In this document: one piece after another, positions 45,870-57,825 of the stretch
How the letters are laid out: every line of letters starts with the position of its first letter
How positions within the stretch are numbered: the stretch's first letter is position 1
Assembly: GCA_001600695.1 (NCBI GenBank)
Contig: BCKQ01000011.1
Span: 513,413 to 577,412, forward strand
Direction: 5' to 3'
Source of the DNA: Ascoidea asiatica JCM 7603
Lineage: Eukaryota; Fungi; Ascomycota
Length of the DNA stretch: 64,000 nt
Notes under the pieces: model-generated
The model's database searches: none
Seen by the model: the letters and a program-made list of their open reading frames with translations, nothing else
Told to the model about the DNA's origin: nothing
Position numbers and translations under genes: made by a program

Positions 45870-46301
45870 TTAATAATCTAAAGCAAAATCAGTAGTAATT
45901 GTATCTAAATTACTAATTTTATTCAAATTTGAAAAATCTTTAATTCTATTATTTTGATTATTAATACCAATTGGACTTAAGAAATTTAAATTTCTCTTTA
46001 ATAAAATACCAAAATTTTTACCATTTTTTATACATTTTTTTAAATATGGTTTAAAAGTTAATAAAAACATTGCAGTTGCAAAACCTTGAATTAAAGGCAT
46101 TAATAATTGATCTTTGATAATTGCAAAGATTATAATTTTGGGAGTTATCATTGGTAATGGATCTGAATTTATATTTATATTCATATTTTTATTTTTGATT
46201 TGAATTGATTTTGCTTCTTCAATTGCATATTTACTCAAAGCTTTTCTAAAACTACTTTCAAATCTTAAATCTGGAATTGGAATTGTTATTTGCTTTGACA
46301 T
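45870..46301 (-). CDS. Small fungal membrane protein, DUF1770-like
   Basis: PIPDLRFESSF and IKDQLLMPLIQG motifs. Confidence 0.65.
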   Translation of the reverse strand: MSKQITIPIPDLRFESSFRKALSKYAIEEAKSIQIKNKNMNININSDPLPMITPKIIIFAIIKDQLLMPLIQGFATAMFLLTFKPYLKKCIKNGKNFGILLKRNLNFLSPIGINNQNNRIKDFSNLNKISNLDTITTDFALDY

Positions 46302-46842
46302 TGTGATGATTTTATGAATTTAATAATGAATTTAATAATAAATTGAATAATGAAATGAATAATGAAATGAATACTTGAATATATTTCAAATGAATTTAAC
46401 AATTAAAATATAAATGAATTAAACATTGGAGTTTTCTTTCATTAAAACTTGAGCATGTTCGAAGTTTGGCGAATATAAGAAATAAAGGGGGGTCTAACGA
46501 AAAATGACCCCGGGGTTTAATTCCAGACCTCCTTTGTAGACCCCTTGCAGACCTCTTTTTCAATTAATTTCAAAACTACTGAAACTTTCTGGGGAAGTCA
46601 ACAAAAAAAAAGAGAATAAAATAAAAGAATAAAAGAAATGAGGACTAGAAATATTAGAAATATTGGAAAGATCAAAAATATTAAATGAATCATTTGAATT
46701 GAGGTTTTACACAATGCTCTTAGAAATTTAGAAATTTAGAAATTTAAATATTTTTATTTTTTATTATTTATTTTTAATTTTTTATTTTGAAAAATCAGAT
46801 TAATGAGGTAAAAAGTTTTAGGTGAATAAAAAAATTAAATAA

Positions 46843-46873
<31 letters not shown>

Positions 46874-46953
46874 TAAGGAAATGATACAAAAATCTACTAA
46901 CTGAAAAGAATATAAAGTAAAATAAGTATTGATAAAATTAGAGATTAAAAGAA

Positions 46954-47901
46954 TTATTCTTCAAATACAGTAACTTGATCACCGATATAAGGAACTTTAG
47001 CTAATACACCTCTCATATATTCATAAACAGTAAAAGTAACAGCTTGACCAGGAGCAACTCTCATAATTCTTGGAGTAATACCTTTATATAAAGCAGCAAT
47101 ACCTTCTTCAGCAATTAATCTTTTACCAATTCTAGTCATTCTTGCAATTCCAGTTTCATTTAATACACCAGTTTCTCTTTGCATTCTTGTTTTTATTGTA
47201 TCTAAAGGAGCATTTGATAAAGGACCTAAAGCACCAGAAATTAAACCAATACTTGAAGTTTGCCAAGATGGTAAAACTTCAGTATGTTGATAATCTTGTA
47301 AGAATTCTTTTATTTTTGAATAAACAGTAAAATTTACACCTTGATTTGAAGCTTGTCTTGCAGCAGTTAAAGTTACACCTCTATATAAAGTTAAAAAACC
47401 TTCTTCTTTTGCAATTAAATAAGCAGCATGAGGAGCATTTCTATATTTTGGTTGACCTAAAGGATCAGACATTGAATGTCTTTGAGCTTGTAATCTAATT
47501 TTAACAACTTCCATTGGAGTTACAATACAAACAGCTTCAGTAATACCAGCACCAACACCAGATATAAAAGTTTTTGCAGTTGTAATTGTACCATCCTCTT
47601 TTCTAAATAAAGATCTATAATATTCATAAGAAGTAAATCTTATAGCCATTTTTGGTACAATACCAATAACAACAGCACCTAAACCTTTATAAAGACCAAA
47701 AAAAGTTTCATTTTTTGCAATTGAAATACCAGTTTTTATAAAACCAGGAGATTTACCAGCAGTTTTTCTATGTAATTGCATTCTAACTTTTATTGTATCT
47801 AATGGATGACAACATAAAGCTTCAAATAAACCTGCTGTACCACCAGCAATTAAATCAACTGCTGGATTTTTTCTTTGAGTATTATTTGTACTTGGAGCCA
47901 T
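46954..47901 (-). CDS. SFC1: Mitochondrial succinate-fumarate carrier
   Basis: AGGTAGLFEALCCHPLDTIKVRMQ, PKMAIRF, RQASNQG.NFT, ITPRIMRVAPGQAVTF. Confidence 0.95.
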   Translation of the reverse strand: MAPSTNNTQRKNPAVDLIAGGTAGLFEALCCHPLDTIKVRMQLHRKTAGKSPGFIKTGISIAKNETFFGLYKGLGAVVIGIVPKMAIRFTSYEYYRSLFRKEDGTITTAKTFISGVGAGITEAVCIVTPMEVVKIRLQAQRHSMSDPLGQPKYRNAPHAAYLIAKEEGFLTLYRGVTLTAARQASNQGVNFTVYSKIKEFLQDYQHTEVLPSWQTSSIGLISGALGPLSNAPLDTIKTRMQRETGVLNETGIARMTRIGKRLIAEEGIAALYKGITPRIMRVAPGQAVTFTVYEYMRGVLAKVPYIGDQVTVFEE

Positions 47902-49843
47902 TTTAATTTATACAAGAAGAATATGAATAAGAATATGAATAAGAATATGAAGAAGAATATGAAATAGGAAAAAAAGGTAATTTATAAGTGACAAGAAGGA
48001 ATAGCAAATCAAATACAAATAATAACTAGATATTTATATTTATATATATATATATATATATATATTAGTTGGATATGGATACAGATACCAGTACAAATTT
48101 AAATGTTAATATGAATAAGGATAGAAATAATAAATATAAAAGATAATAAAGAAATGAAAAGTTATATATTTATAGAAAGAATTGAATAAAAATAAGAATT
48201 TGAAATCAGAATTTGAAATCAAAAATCTGAAATTAAAAATTAGAAATTAGAAATTAGAAATTGAAAGTGAAAATTGAAAATGAAAATTGAAAAAGGTTGC
48301 ATAAAAACAAGGTAATTTACCTTGATGCGGAGTGAGAGATGATTAGTTCCGAAGAAAACAAAGTGAAAAAAGGCCCAAAAAGAAGAGTGAATTCAATTCA
48401 AGTTTAAATCCAGAAGCCCAAAGAGGATAAATTGCAGACATTGCAGAAAAGAATTGTCATGTTTTCTTGCAACTGGCTTCAAAGGCTTCAAAGGCTTCAA
48501 AGGCCTTTAAAGGTGGTTTAATTGAATTAAAAGTGGATTTTAAATGGGTTGGGCCATTGGCTGAAAGGATTGGAGATTACTTCAGTAACTGTTAACTATT
48601 TACCAAACGTTCGTTGAAAGTGCCTGAGGATTAATAATAATAACATAAACATGATTAAGTATGAATATCAATAAGACTGATACTGTGATTGTGAATTTGC
48701 TTATGAATTTGAATATGAACGAGGGCAGAACGAGAGCGAGGAGGTTGACTGCTGCTGTGTTTACAGCTGTGTTTACAGCTCTGTTTGCTGGTGTGTTTAC
48801 TGGGCACTTCTTCGAGCGGATCAAAGACTGTTTGCTGTTTGCTGTTTGCAGTTTGCAGTTTGCTGTGCTCGCTCAGACTCAGAGTCTCGCTGCGACCGAG
48901 AAGGAAGTCCGATCCGGGGAAATTCCAGTTTCAACCATCAACACAGCACAAACACAGCACAAACACAACACAAACACTCCAAAACACTCCAGTTCAATGG
49001 CTCTAGTTGTTTCGTGGGGAAATCTTCTCTCTTTTCATTCACCATCGTCAATCACCCTTTAGCTCTTGGGCCTTCTTCTTGACCATCTTTCTGACCTTCT
49101 TTTTCTTCTTCTTCTTCTTTTTCGGTTAATTCAAATGGCTTATCAGTAGTCAAATAACAGAAAAGATGCACACTAGCCCTGTAGCGTGGCTGATCATTTT
49201 TCATACTATTGAATTCACCAGCCATAACAACCCTTGCTGTGGCGTTGGCTCAAAGCAGACGAGTCCGCATGACCAGAACAATCGCGAGTTTCCCCGGGGC
49301 CCTGTTTGTTGCCAACACTGTGGGTCGTTGTATTGCCTGACCTCGGAGCTTGCCTGCTGCCAGCCTATCTTTAACCGCTGATATGCTACTAAACGTTTGC
49401 TATGCCAGTATTTGGAAGACTGCAGGGTGAAAATACTTCTTCTTCAGGCCCGCCAACCGTGCTCGCTTCCGACTCTCGTTCTTTGCCATTGGCCATTCGT
49501 CACCGGACTCTATTGTAAAGGATCACGTGTGCTATTTGTTTTTTCTGTTGATGTGTCTAGGGCTCTTATTATCCTTTTTCTACGCTACCGTAAAACTGGT
49601 TTCATTTTTTACTTTTGTCTAGGGCTCTTATTCTGATTTTTTTCCTCGGTTATATTACTTGGTTAAACCTTTTTTTTTTCAGGGTCCTCATACGTAAATA
49701 AATGTTATTTTAATTGTAGATATAAATGTAAATGTAAATGTGATATTTGATATTAAAAGAAAGATATAATGCCTAAAAGAATAAAAAAACAATAAAAAAC
49801 TAGTAATAAAAATACTTAATTATAAAATTAAAAGAAGATTCAT

Positions 49844-50473
49844 TCATTTATAATAAGTTCTTGCTGATGAAATATTAATTAATCCAGAATCTCTAAAACA
49901 TATTGGAATTGGTGATTGATTTAAAGTATATTGACTTAATGTAAATCTTAAAAAATAATTTCCTGTTACTTTAATACCTAAATCTTTAAATTTAAATTCA
50001 ATTGTTCTATAACTTAAGTTTTTCTTTCTTTCTTTATTATTTCTATTATTATTTTCATAATTATTACTAATTAAAAATTTTGTACCTATTAGAATATTTT
50101 GATCTTTTAAAATTGATTTATTATTAAAATCAAAAATTGTAACATCAACAAAATATTGTACAAAAACATTATTATTATAGCAAACTTTTAACTCTAATTT
50201 ATTAATTGGTTGTAACAATCTTTTTGAACTTGGTGTTGATTGTCTACCTTTATAAGAACATTCAATAAATTTAAATTCAAAATTATTTTCCATTATATTA
50301 TTATTTTCTGTTTTTGTTTTTTTTTTTTTTTTAAAATTTGTTGTATCAAAATTAATTAAATCTAAATTACTTAGATCTAAATTACTAAAATCTAAATTAC
50401 TCAAATCAATTTCACTTAAATCAATTTCAACTAAATTTATTTCATTCAAACTTATCTCATCTAAATTAAACAT
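49844..50473 (-). CDS. Velvet-domain-like protein with N-terminal 5-residue repeats (first ATG 50473)
   Basis: FKFKDLGIKVTGNYFLRFTL matches velvet FxFxDLSVRxEGxYRLxFxL; also GRQS...KRLLQP..LEL, NILIGT, ISSART. Confidence 0.65.
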   Translation of the reverse strand: MFNLDEISLNEINLVEIDLSEIDLSNLDFSNLDLSNLDLINFDTTNFKKKKKTKTENNNIMENNFEFKFIECSYKGRQSTPSSKRLLQPINKLELKVCYNNNVFVQYFVDVTIFDFNNKSILKDQNILIGTKFLISNNYENNNRNNKERKKNLSYRTIEFKFKDLGIKVTGNYFLRFTLSQYTLNQSPIPICFRDSGLINISSARTYYK

Positions 50474-51280
50474 TTCCAATTCCAATTAAATATTATATTC
50501 TCTATTGAATATTTCTATTCTTATATTATATCTCTCCATTTTAAAAGAATATTTCTTTTCTTTTATAATATAATAATCATTTTTAATTAATTTATTTTCA
50601 CTTACTAATATTATATTATAATTCAATATGTAATTATAATAATCATCATAATAATAATCATAATAATAATCATAATAAAGACCCATAAATTGAGTAGAAA
50701 TATAATAAATCCATATTTTTAACCAATGTGAAAATAAATTTTCATTAATTTGGATCTTTTTTGTCATATTTTTCTCTTTAAATTATCTTGAAGTTTCTTG
50801 TATTATTTTCAATTATTTTCAGTTGAATTTATATGGATTTGTAATTTGGAATCCAAAAAAAAAGAAGCGTGAATATTTCAGAACATTCTTTTTAAAGCGT
50901 GTATATATCATAACACCAGTTTAGTAAGTATTTTCGAGCTAAAATGTCATGAATTTTTATTAACCTTTGATTACTTACTAATACAATTAAATAATAAATA
51001 TTAGTTACTAAACATTTAATCAAAAGCCACTTCAAGAAATTTTTGGATACAATAGTTATCAATTGTCATTAATACAGAATATGTGATTATAGAATCCATT
51101 GTATTTTATTATAATATTAAATAATGTTATAAGGACTCAATTGAGTGAAGAGTGGATACAATATTTAAGTAACGTTAATAATTAACTAAAGAGATTTATT
51201 AGATTAATGGGTATAATATTAATAAAAAGTATATATAAATAATTATATAAATTTAAATAGAGAGAAAAATGAAACTTTAA

Positions 51281-51609
51281 CTAAATTGGTAAAATTTTAA
51301 CTTCTTGATCTTCTTCAACAGTTGCAATATCTTTATGAGAAGATAATGAAGATGAATGAATTTCTGGTAATTTAACTGTAAAACCTTTAAATAAAGAAAA
51401 TTCATCAGTAATTTTAGCACCTATTTTACTTAAATCATTTTTAACTTGATTATATTTTTCATCACTTGTACCATCTTTTAAGGTTACCTATAAAAAAACA
51501 TTTTATTAGTTTTATTAATTCAATTATATTTGATTTAAATTATTTTAATTTAACTTATTTTATTTTAATAATTTGATATACGTACAATATATGTTTTTAA
51601 ACCAGACAT
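51281..51609 (-). CDS. PBI2: Proteinase B inhibitor (I9 family), 76 aa, two exons (51586-51609, 51281-51487), 98-nt intron
   Basis: Spliced product MSGLKTYI/VTLKDGTSDEKYNQVKNDLSKIGAKITDEFSLFKGFTVKLP...VEEDQEVKILPI; intron GTACGT...AACTAAT...TAG; not in the ORF track. Confidence 0.9.
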
Positions 51610-52727
51610 TTTTATTATTTGAGATTTGAATAGATTTGTGAGCAATTGAAATGATAGTTTATTTTAATTACTAATGATAATAATAATATAATAAAAGTTC
51701 TTCTAAATAGTGTTTATAAAGTAAATAAATAATCAAAGAGAATTCAATTTACTTATATTTATATTTATATTTAATATTTATATTTATATTAATATTTATT
51801 GTAATAAAGTTGATAAGAAACTTGCTAAAAGTAATGAGAGAGATGAGCCCCGTTGATCTGGGACTTACTGGGAACTAGATTCAACCACTCATTTTGGGGG
51901 CCTGAGGAGTTCAAGTCGAGAGGCAAATTTGCCATAGTGAAGCCTGGAACAAGACTGGAGCGAAGCAAGCTGACAAGTGTTTTGTCTGACGCAACTTCCG
52001 CTGGTTATAGTTGCTTGGGAGATCCAAAAGCACGTTTACCTTCTGTAAACGGGAGATTTCCGGTGCAGCGAATGAAACGAGGATTCGATAACGTAAGCAA
52101 AGTCAATAAAAAGCGATTTATTTCGAGACAACGAAGAAATGTTTGGTAAAGATGAATAAATGATGAACAAATGATAAAATATTGATGAATCAAATGATCA
52201 AGAAATGATTAATAAACAGAAAAAGGAATCTAGAATTGAGATTGATTTTAGCAACTATTATATATTAGATCTTCTTGAATTAATAAAAAATTATTAAATT
52301 CATTTTGAAATGAATTTAATTGATTATCGTTTAATGTGATTGAAAATCCTCTAATTTGATTAAAATTTATATCATTTTCAATATTGCAGTTTATCTTTTT
52401 AACAAAATTCTTAATTTCAAAATATTTTCTAATTGTAGTTTCTTTATTTATTGTGACCTATTTTTATATATTTAACAAAATATTGTTTATTCATGCCAAT
52501 TGATTTTGATTGTTAGAATATAAAATTTTGAAAAAAGAAAAGATAAAAGTGAAGGTGAATTGAATAACTGTTGCTTACAATATATTGTTTTGAATTTGAG
52601 AATGCATTCACTTTTTTTAAATTATTCAATTTATTATAATCATTGAAATCTTTAATGTCTTTCAACCCAGTGAATTTTTCCATTTCTAGTAACTGTTAAA
52701 TCAACAATAAACTTCTGTTTTATTTGG

Positions 52728-52798
52728 ACTCTGATAACAAACACTCTGATAACATAGAAAGCACTCTGATAACTGCAATCTTTCACGTCTCAGATAAC
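52728..52798 (+). promoter_or_regulatory. Array of four CTCWGATAAC GATA motifs
   Basis: ACTCTGATAAC at 52728, 52743, 52763; TCTCAGATAAC at 52788. Confidence 0.6.
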
Positions 52799-54399
52799 TA
52801 AGAGAAAACTCACGATTCGTAATCGATCCACAACACTGGTAGCAAAACAAGTCTGGTTCTAATTCTTTTCTTAATTTCCGTGATACGGATTTACCTTTTT
52901 TACTTGAATCCGTTTCCAAAAGCGGTTTCATCAATTTTTATTTTATTTGAACGTTATCCTACAGCACAATGCATGCTACCGGTTCCCTGGAACAGTATGC
53001 ATATTTATTCATAACTTCTCAAATAGGAATTTCCAAATTGGGAGAGATTTTATTTAATTCAAAAGAAATATTTAATTTGTCTCATTTATATTGATTAGCT
53101 ACTCAAATATAATAGATATGAGCGATGAAAAGAATATTAAAGAAAAAGAAAAATGATAAAACTCAGTTAAATGTATAGTTTCAATTTTTACTAGTAGACA
53201 GGTACTAATAATTTTGGCCAATTTGTAGATTATTTATTTTGAAACATGAAGAAATTTATGCAATTTTAATCTATAAGGATCTAATTCATGTATTTGGATT
53301 TCTTGAATAGTCAAATTTAATGATTTCATTGACTATTCAACCAAATTTTATTAGAGTTAGTACTGTAATTAAAAACATTAAATCACCATGATTTGATGAA
53401 AAGTATTTGAAAAAATGTTATAAACTTATATTTTCTCCAGAAATCAATTTATATAATAAGCTATTGAATTACAGAAGTATAGAAAAAGCTTGCAAGTAAA
53501 CGTAATATTGTAAGTGGATATACTGTATAATACTTATTCAGTAACTAAGGTTTTTGTAAAATATGCTGAAGCTCAATTGGATAATCGACTTCAAAGGTGA
53601 GATAAATCAAGAGCTCATTTATTTTGTTTCAAAGCTTCTTTGAACTCTTTAAGAAAGTTAGAGTAAGCAAATGATTAAATTGATTAAAAATCATTGTGTT
53701 TATTTGCAAAGAGAAGTCAAACAGTCGGTGGCTGTGAGAGACCAGGTAAAAATAACAACAGTACATGAAGTCGGATAAAGGTCCAGATTTAAAGAAAATT
53801 GAGACTGAATAGCTTTAAAAATTGAATGAATTCAATGAATTTGAACGAGTTGCAATGGACTTTTGGCTTATTTACAGTATCAAATCTTGCAATAAGAATA
53901 TGATTATTAATATTTTACATTTTACCTCGTATTTTGGTCAGGTTATCTCTAAAGTCATCTGAACAAGTGCTTTTTAGCTCAACCTTTTCCTATAGAAATG
54001 TATCTAGGAGTTTTACCTCAAATGCAAGGAACATTCTCACCTCAGGTCATTCAATAGCTTATTGGTAAATCAGCTTTAAGAAGTTTTCTTTACCAAAATT
54101 CAATACTTTGTAAATTATTTTGTATTTGTCAACTGAAACTAGACTCAAATGTCATCTTATTGTTAAGAATAACTTCAATTATTTGTTCTAAAATGAAATG
54201 CTATATAAGGACTTTAAAACTTTGCTTTTCATACATTAGAATATCCTAGCTTTTAAAACTCAAATAAAAATTCAAAAAAAAGAAATATACTAAATAACTT
54301 CAACAAATAAACTTTGCAATCTCAATCTTCTGTTCTATTTTTGTCAAAAAAAAAAAAAATTTCAAATAAAATAAGCTTCCATCCATTCTGATAATTAAG

Positions 54400-57200
54400 A
54401 TGCCATTATCAAATATAGTTCCCTATTTTTTTAACGAAAATGCTACAACTTGTAATCTTGTCTCACTTAAAATTGAATCAAATGTTTTAAATGATTTTCT
54501 AGCAAATGTTTATTTCGAATTTATAAAATTACTCCAAAAGTCTATAAAGAAAATGAAAAGGAAAATGAAAAAGACAATAAAAATAATAATGATATTGAAG
54601 AGAATGAGTATACTTTCAATTATCCTGTCCAAAATTCTTCTTCAATTTACTCTTTTATTTTCACAATCATAGATTTAGATAAAGATCCTGAATTTAATAC
54701 AAAAGTTCTTAAAGGTAAATGCTTTCCTAAGAAAAAAGCGAAAAAATTGTTTAATTATGTTAAAGAAAAACATAAAGATAAATCAATTGGTTTAACTTCT
54801 TCAATTTCAAATGATTCATTTCAAATTAATTTATCAAATTTACCAGTTAATGCAATCGTCAAAATTCAATTAAATTATGATATCAAATTAAATTTTGATA
54901 CTCAATATAATGCTTATAGGCTCTTTGTACCTTTATCTTTGGCTGACAGATATATCTCTTTAAATGATTTAATTTCTGAAAATTCAAATAATCCAACTTT
55001 TTTAAATTACATCAATCAAAAGTCAGTAAATCTAAATTCTGATAATCACGCTTTAACATTGATTACAAATTTCAACAAACCATATAGTAAAGTTGAATGT
55101 ATTTCAAATCATCATGAAGACTCAAAAGGTTCTATATATTCAAATACTAAACAAATTATTTATTCAAATGAATCTTTTTCAAAGTTTATTTCTAATAATG
55201 TCAATGAAAGATATTTGGATAAATTGAACACTGAATATGTACTTATTTTAAGTAAGGATAATTATTCAAATTTAAATAATTTAACTATTTTCAATAGCAA
55301 TTTACCCTCAAATTTCAAAATAATCACTCAATTTCCTTATAATAAATGTATTTCTTTAAATTTATCATTAAATGAATTAATAAATTTACCCTCTAATGTT
55401 AAAAATAATTCAAAAAATTTTAAAAAAAATATTTATTTCTTAATTGATAGATCTGGATCAATGAGTGGTAATCCTATTGCATTATTGAAAGATTCTTTGA
55501 AATTATTTTTAGCTTCTTTTCCAAATGATCCTAACATTTCATTAAATATAGTTTCATTTGGATCTGAATCCTATCCATTATTCAAAGATTCTTCAAAAAC
55601 AATTGAGAATCAAGAAACTTATAATTTAATTAAAAATTTTATTGATTCCATTGATGCTAATCTTGGTGGTACTGAAGTGTCTGGCGCTTTAAAAACTACC
55701 CATAATTTGATCAAACAAGATTTGAAGTTATTTACAAATATAAATCCAGAAACTATTGTTGAAAATGAAATAATATTATTAACAGATGGATCAGTATGGA
55801 ATATTGATCCGATTTTATATAAAATCAAAGCTTTCAAAGATGTTCAATTAAATTCAATCAATAAAAGTTCAACAGTAAGATATTTTTCATTAGGTGTTGG
55901 TAATGGTGTTTCACATGATTTAGTTGATTCAATTTCCAATATTGGCGATGGATATTCTCAATATGTCCAAGAAAAAGAAAGAATGGAAGTAAAAATTATC
56001 AAATTATTAACTTCAATTTTAGCATCCCCTTTCGAATTTTTTTCTTTACAAATGAGAAACAATAGAACCAATGAGTATAAAGAAGTACAAAAAGATTCGG
56101 AAGAAGACGACTTTGTTATGATTGAATTAGAAAATAATTTCAGCAAAAAATTGAATCTTGAATTTAAAAATAAATCAAGAAAAAATAAAGAAATCTCAAA
56201 TAATTATTTGATTTTACCTTCTAATCCTCAATTATTTTTAGGTATCGATAATAATTATTTTATTTTCTATAATGATGAAAGCAAAAGCTTTAATGATTTA
56301 AATGAATTCAGTGAATTTAAATTAATATCTGAAAATCCATTCAATGATAAAAAAATTGAAATTTCTGGAGAGCTTAAAACAATCACAAATAGTAAAATTA
56401 ATGACTTGATTTTCAGAAGTGGCGTTAAAGCTTACTTGAGTGAGTTTTCTAAGAAGGAAATTGAATTAAAATTAGCATCAAAATTCGAAGCTATTGCTCT
56501 AAATTTTAGTCTTGTTTCAAAGTGGACATCATTGTTAGCCGTTGATGAAGTTGAAAAAATTTCAGATGAATTTGAAGAAGTTGATGGAAAATTTGGTGCA
56601 GGAGTTTCCTCATTCACCCATATGAAAACCTCAATTAATGCTCTTCAAAGGTTTGCAGCTTCACCCATGAGATTATCAAATTTACCTGGAGAAGTTGGTG
56701 TAAGAACTTCAGCTAGTTTTACTCAAATGAGTAGTGCTTCATTCTCAGTAACTTCTCAAAGTTCAAACCGATTTTCTCAAGCTCCAAGCTTATTTTCCCA
56801 AAAATTAAACCCATTACCTTATTCTTTTGCTAATAAAAAAGCCATCAATGTTACTACCTCAATTTCAAATAGAGAACAAGAAGGGCTTATAGGAACCTGT
56901 ATGGGAAATAGCAAATTGCCGAAATCGAGCCCAAGAACAAATATTTCTCTCCTTTCTGATTCTGAAAAACTTCTTAAGATCATTGAATATCAAAAGTTCG
57001 ATGGTTCTTTTGAAAAATTACCCAAAGAGTTATTTGACGAAGTTATTAAGGATTCAAAAAATGCAATTGAGTATGACAATTGTGATACTTTAACTTTAAC
57101 CAAGTTGATTGTTAATTACTGCAAGGATAAATTAAGTGAGCTAGAAGGGATCTGGAAATTAGCTCTTAGTAAAAGCGAAAAGTATATAGAAAGAAATTAA
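54400..57200 (+). CDS. VIT + vWA domain protein (VWA5A-like) with one frameshift near 54500-54530
   Basis: Frame 1 MPLSN...ANVYFEF continues in frame 3 as YKITP...EYTFNYPV..SIYSF..KGKCFPKKKAKKLF (VIT); FLIDRSGSM MIDAS, LGGTE, LLTDG, LGVGNG, SLVSKWTSLLAV, QKFDGSF. Confidence 0.8.
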
Positions 57201-57825
57201 GTAAAACCTTTGAATAAAATCTTTTTTTTTTTTACCAAAGATAGAAATAATTACTGTAGCCTTTTTATAGTAAAATGATTTACTCTGACTAATAAACAAA
57301 TAAGTGGTTATTATTTCAAGTGAATATTTATGCTTTTAACAATTCCAATAGTTAAGCTGTTTTGATTGAAACCTACCTTTCATTGTTTGAATAAATTAAC
57401 TCAATTTCTTTTTTTTTTATTTATTTGTGAGTATTTCGATATACGGCAATCTTTCAGCATTTACGGAACTCTCCTTTAAATTTTTATATCTCACTTTAAT
57501 CAAACTTTTTTTATTCAATTTAAAAAACTACAAACGATAGCATCTATGACTATTCACTCAAGTTTATACTTTTTTTTTGCAATTAATGCTGAATGTTATT
57601 GGCAAAAATAAGAAAAATTGCATTCAGAGGCAAACATAATCTAAGAAACTGGAAATGACTATTAAGTAAGAAAAGCTTCACTTTAAAATTTACCATGTCT
57701 TAGGCCTAAAATTGTACTTCATATATAAATTTTGGGTGGCTTCTAGTTTTATTCATACTTATTCATAATTTTAGCTGATTAACTATTAAATAAAGAAATT
57801 TAGAAATTGATATTTCATATAACAA

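Noticed and set aside
48600-49636. Cluster of short overlapping ORFs
   Set aside because: Arise from locally high GC, overlap in several frames and lack host codon bias; same applies to 6905-7284, 17772-17987, 20910-21170, 42998-43329, 51853-52193
52728-52798. CRISPR-like repeat-spacer array
   Set aside because: Eukaryotic context, 11-bp repeats and 4-14-bp spacers; better explained as transcription-factor sites
53987-54000. U3 snoRNA box A-like CATTTCTATAGGAA on the minus strand
   Set aside because: Only 14 AT-rich nt; boxes C', B, C and D not convincingly present
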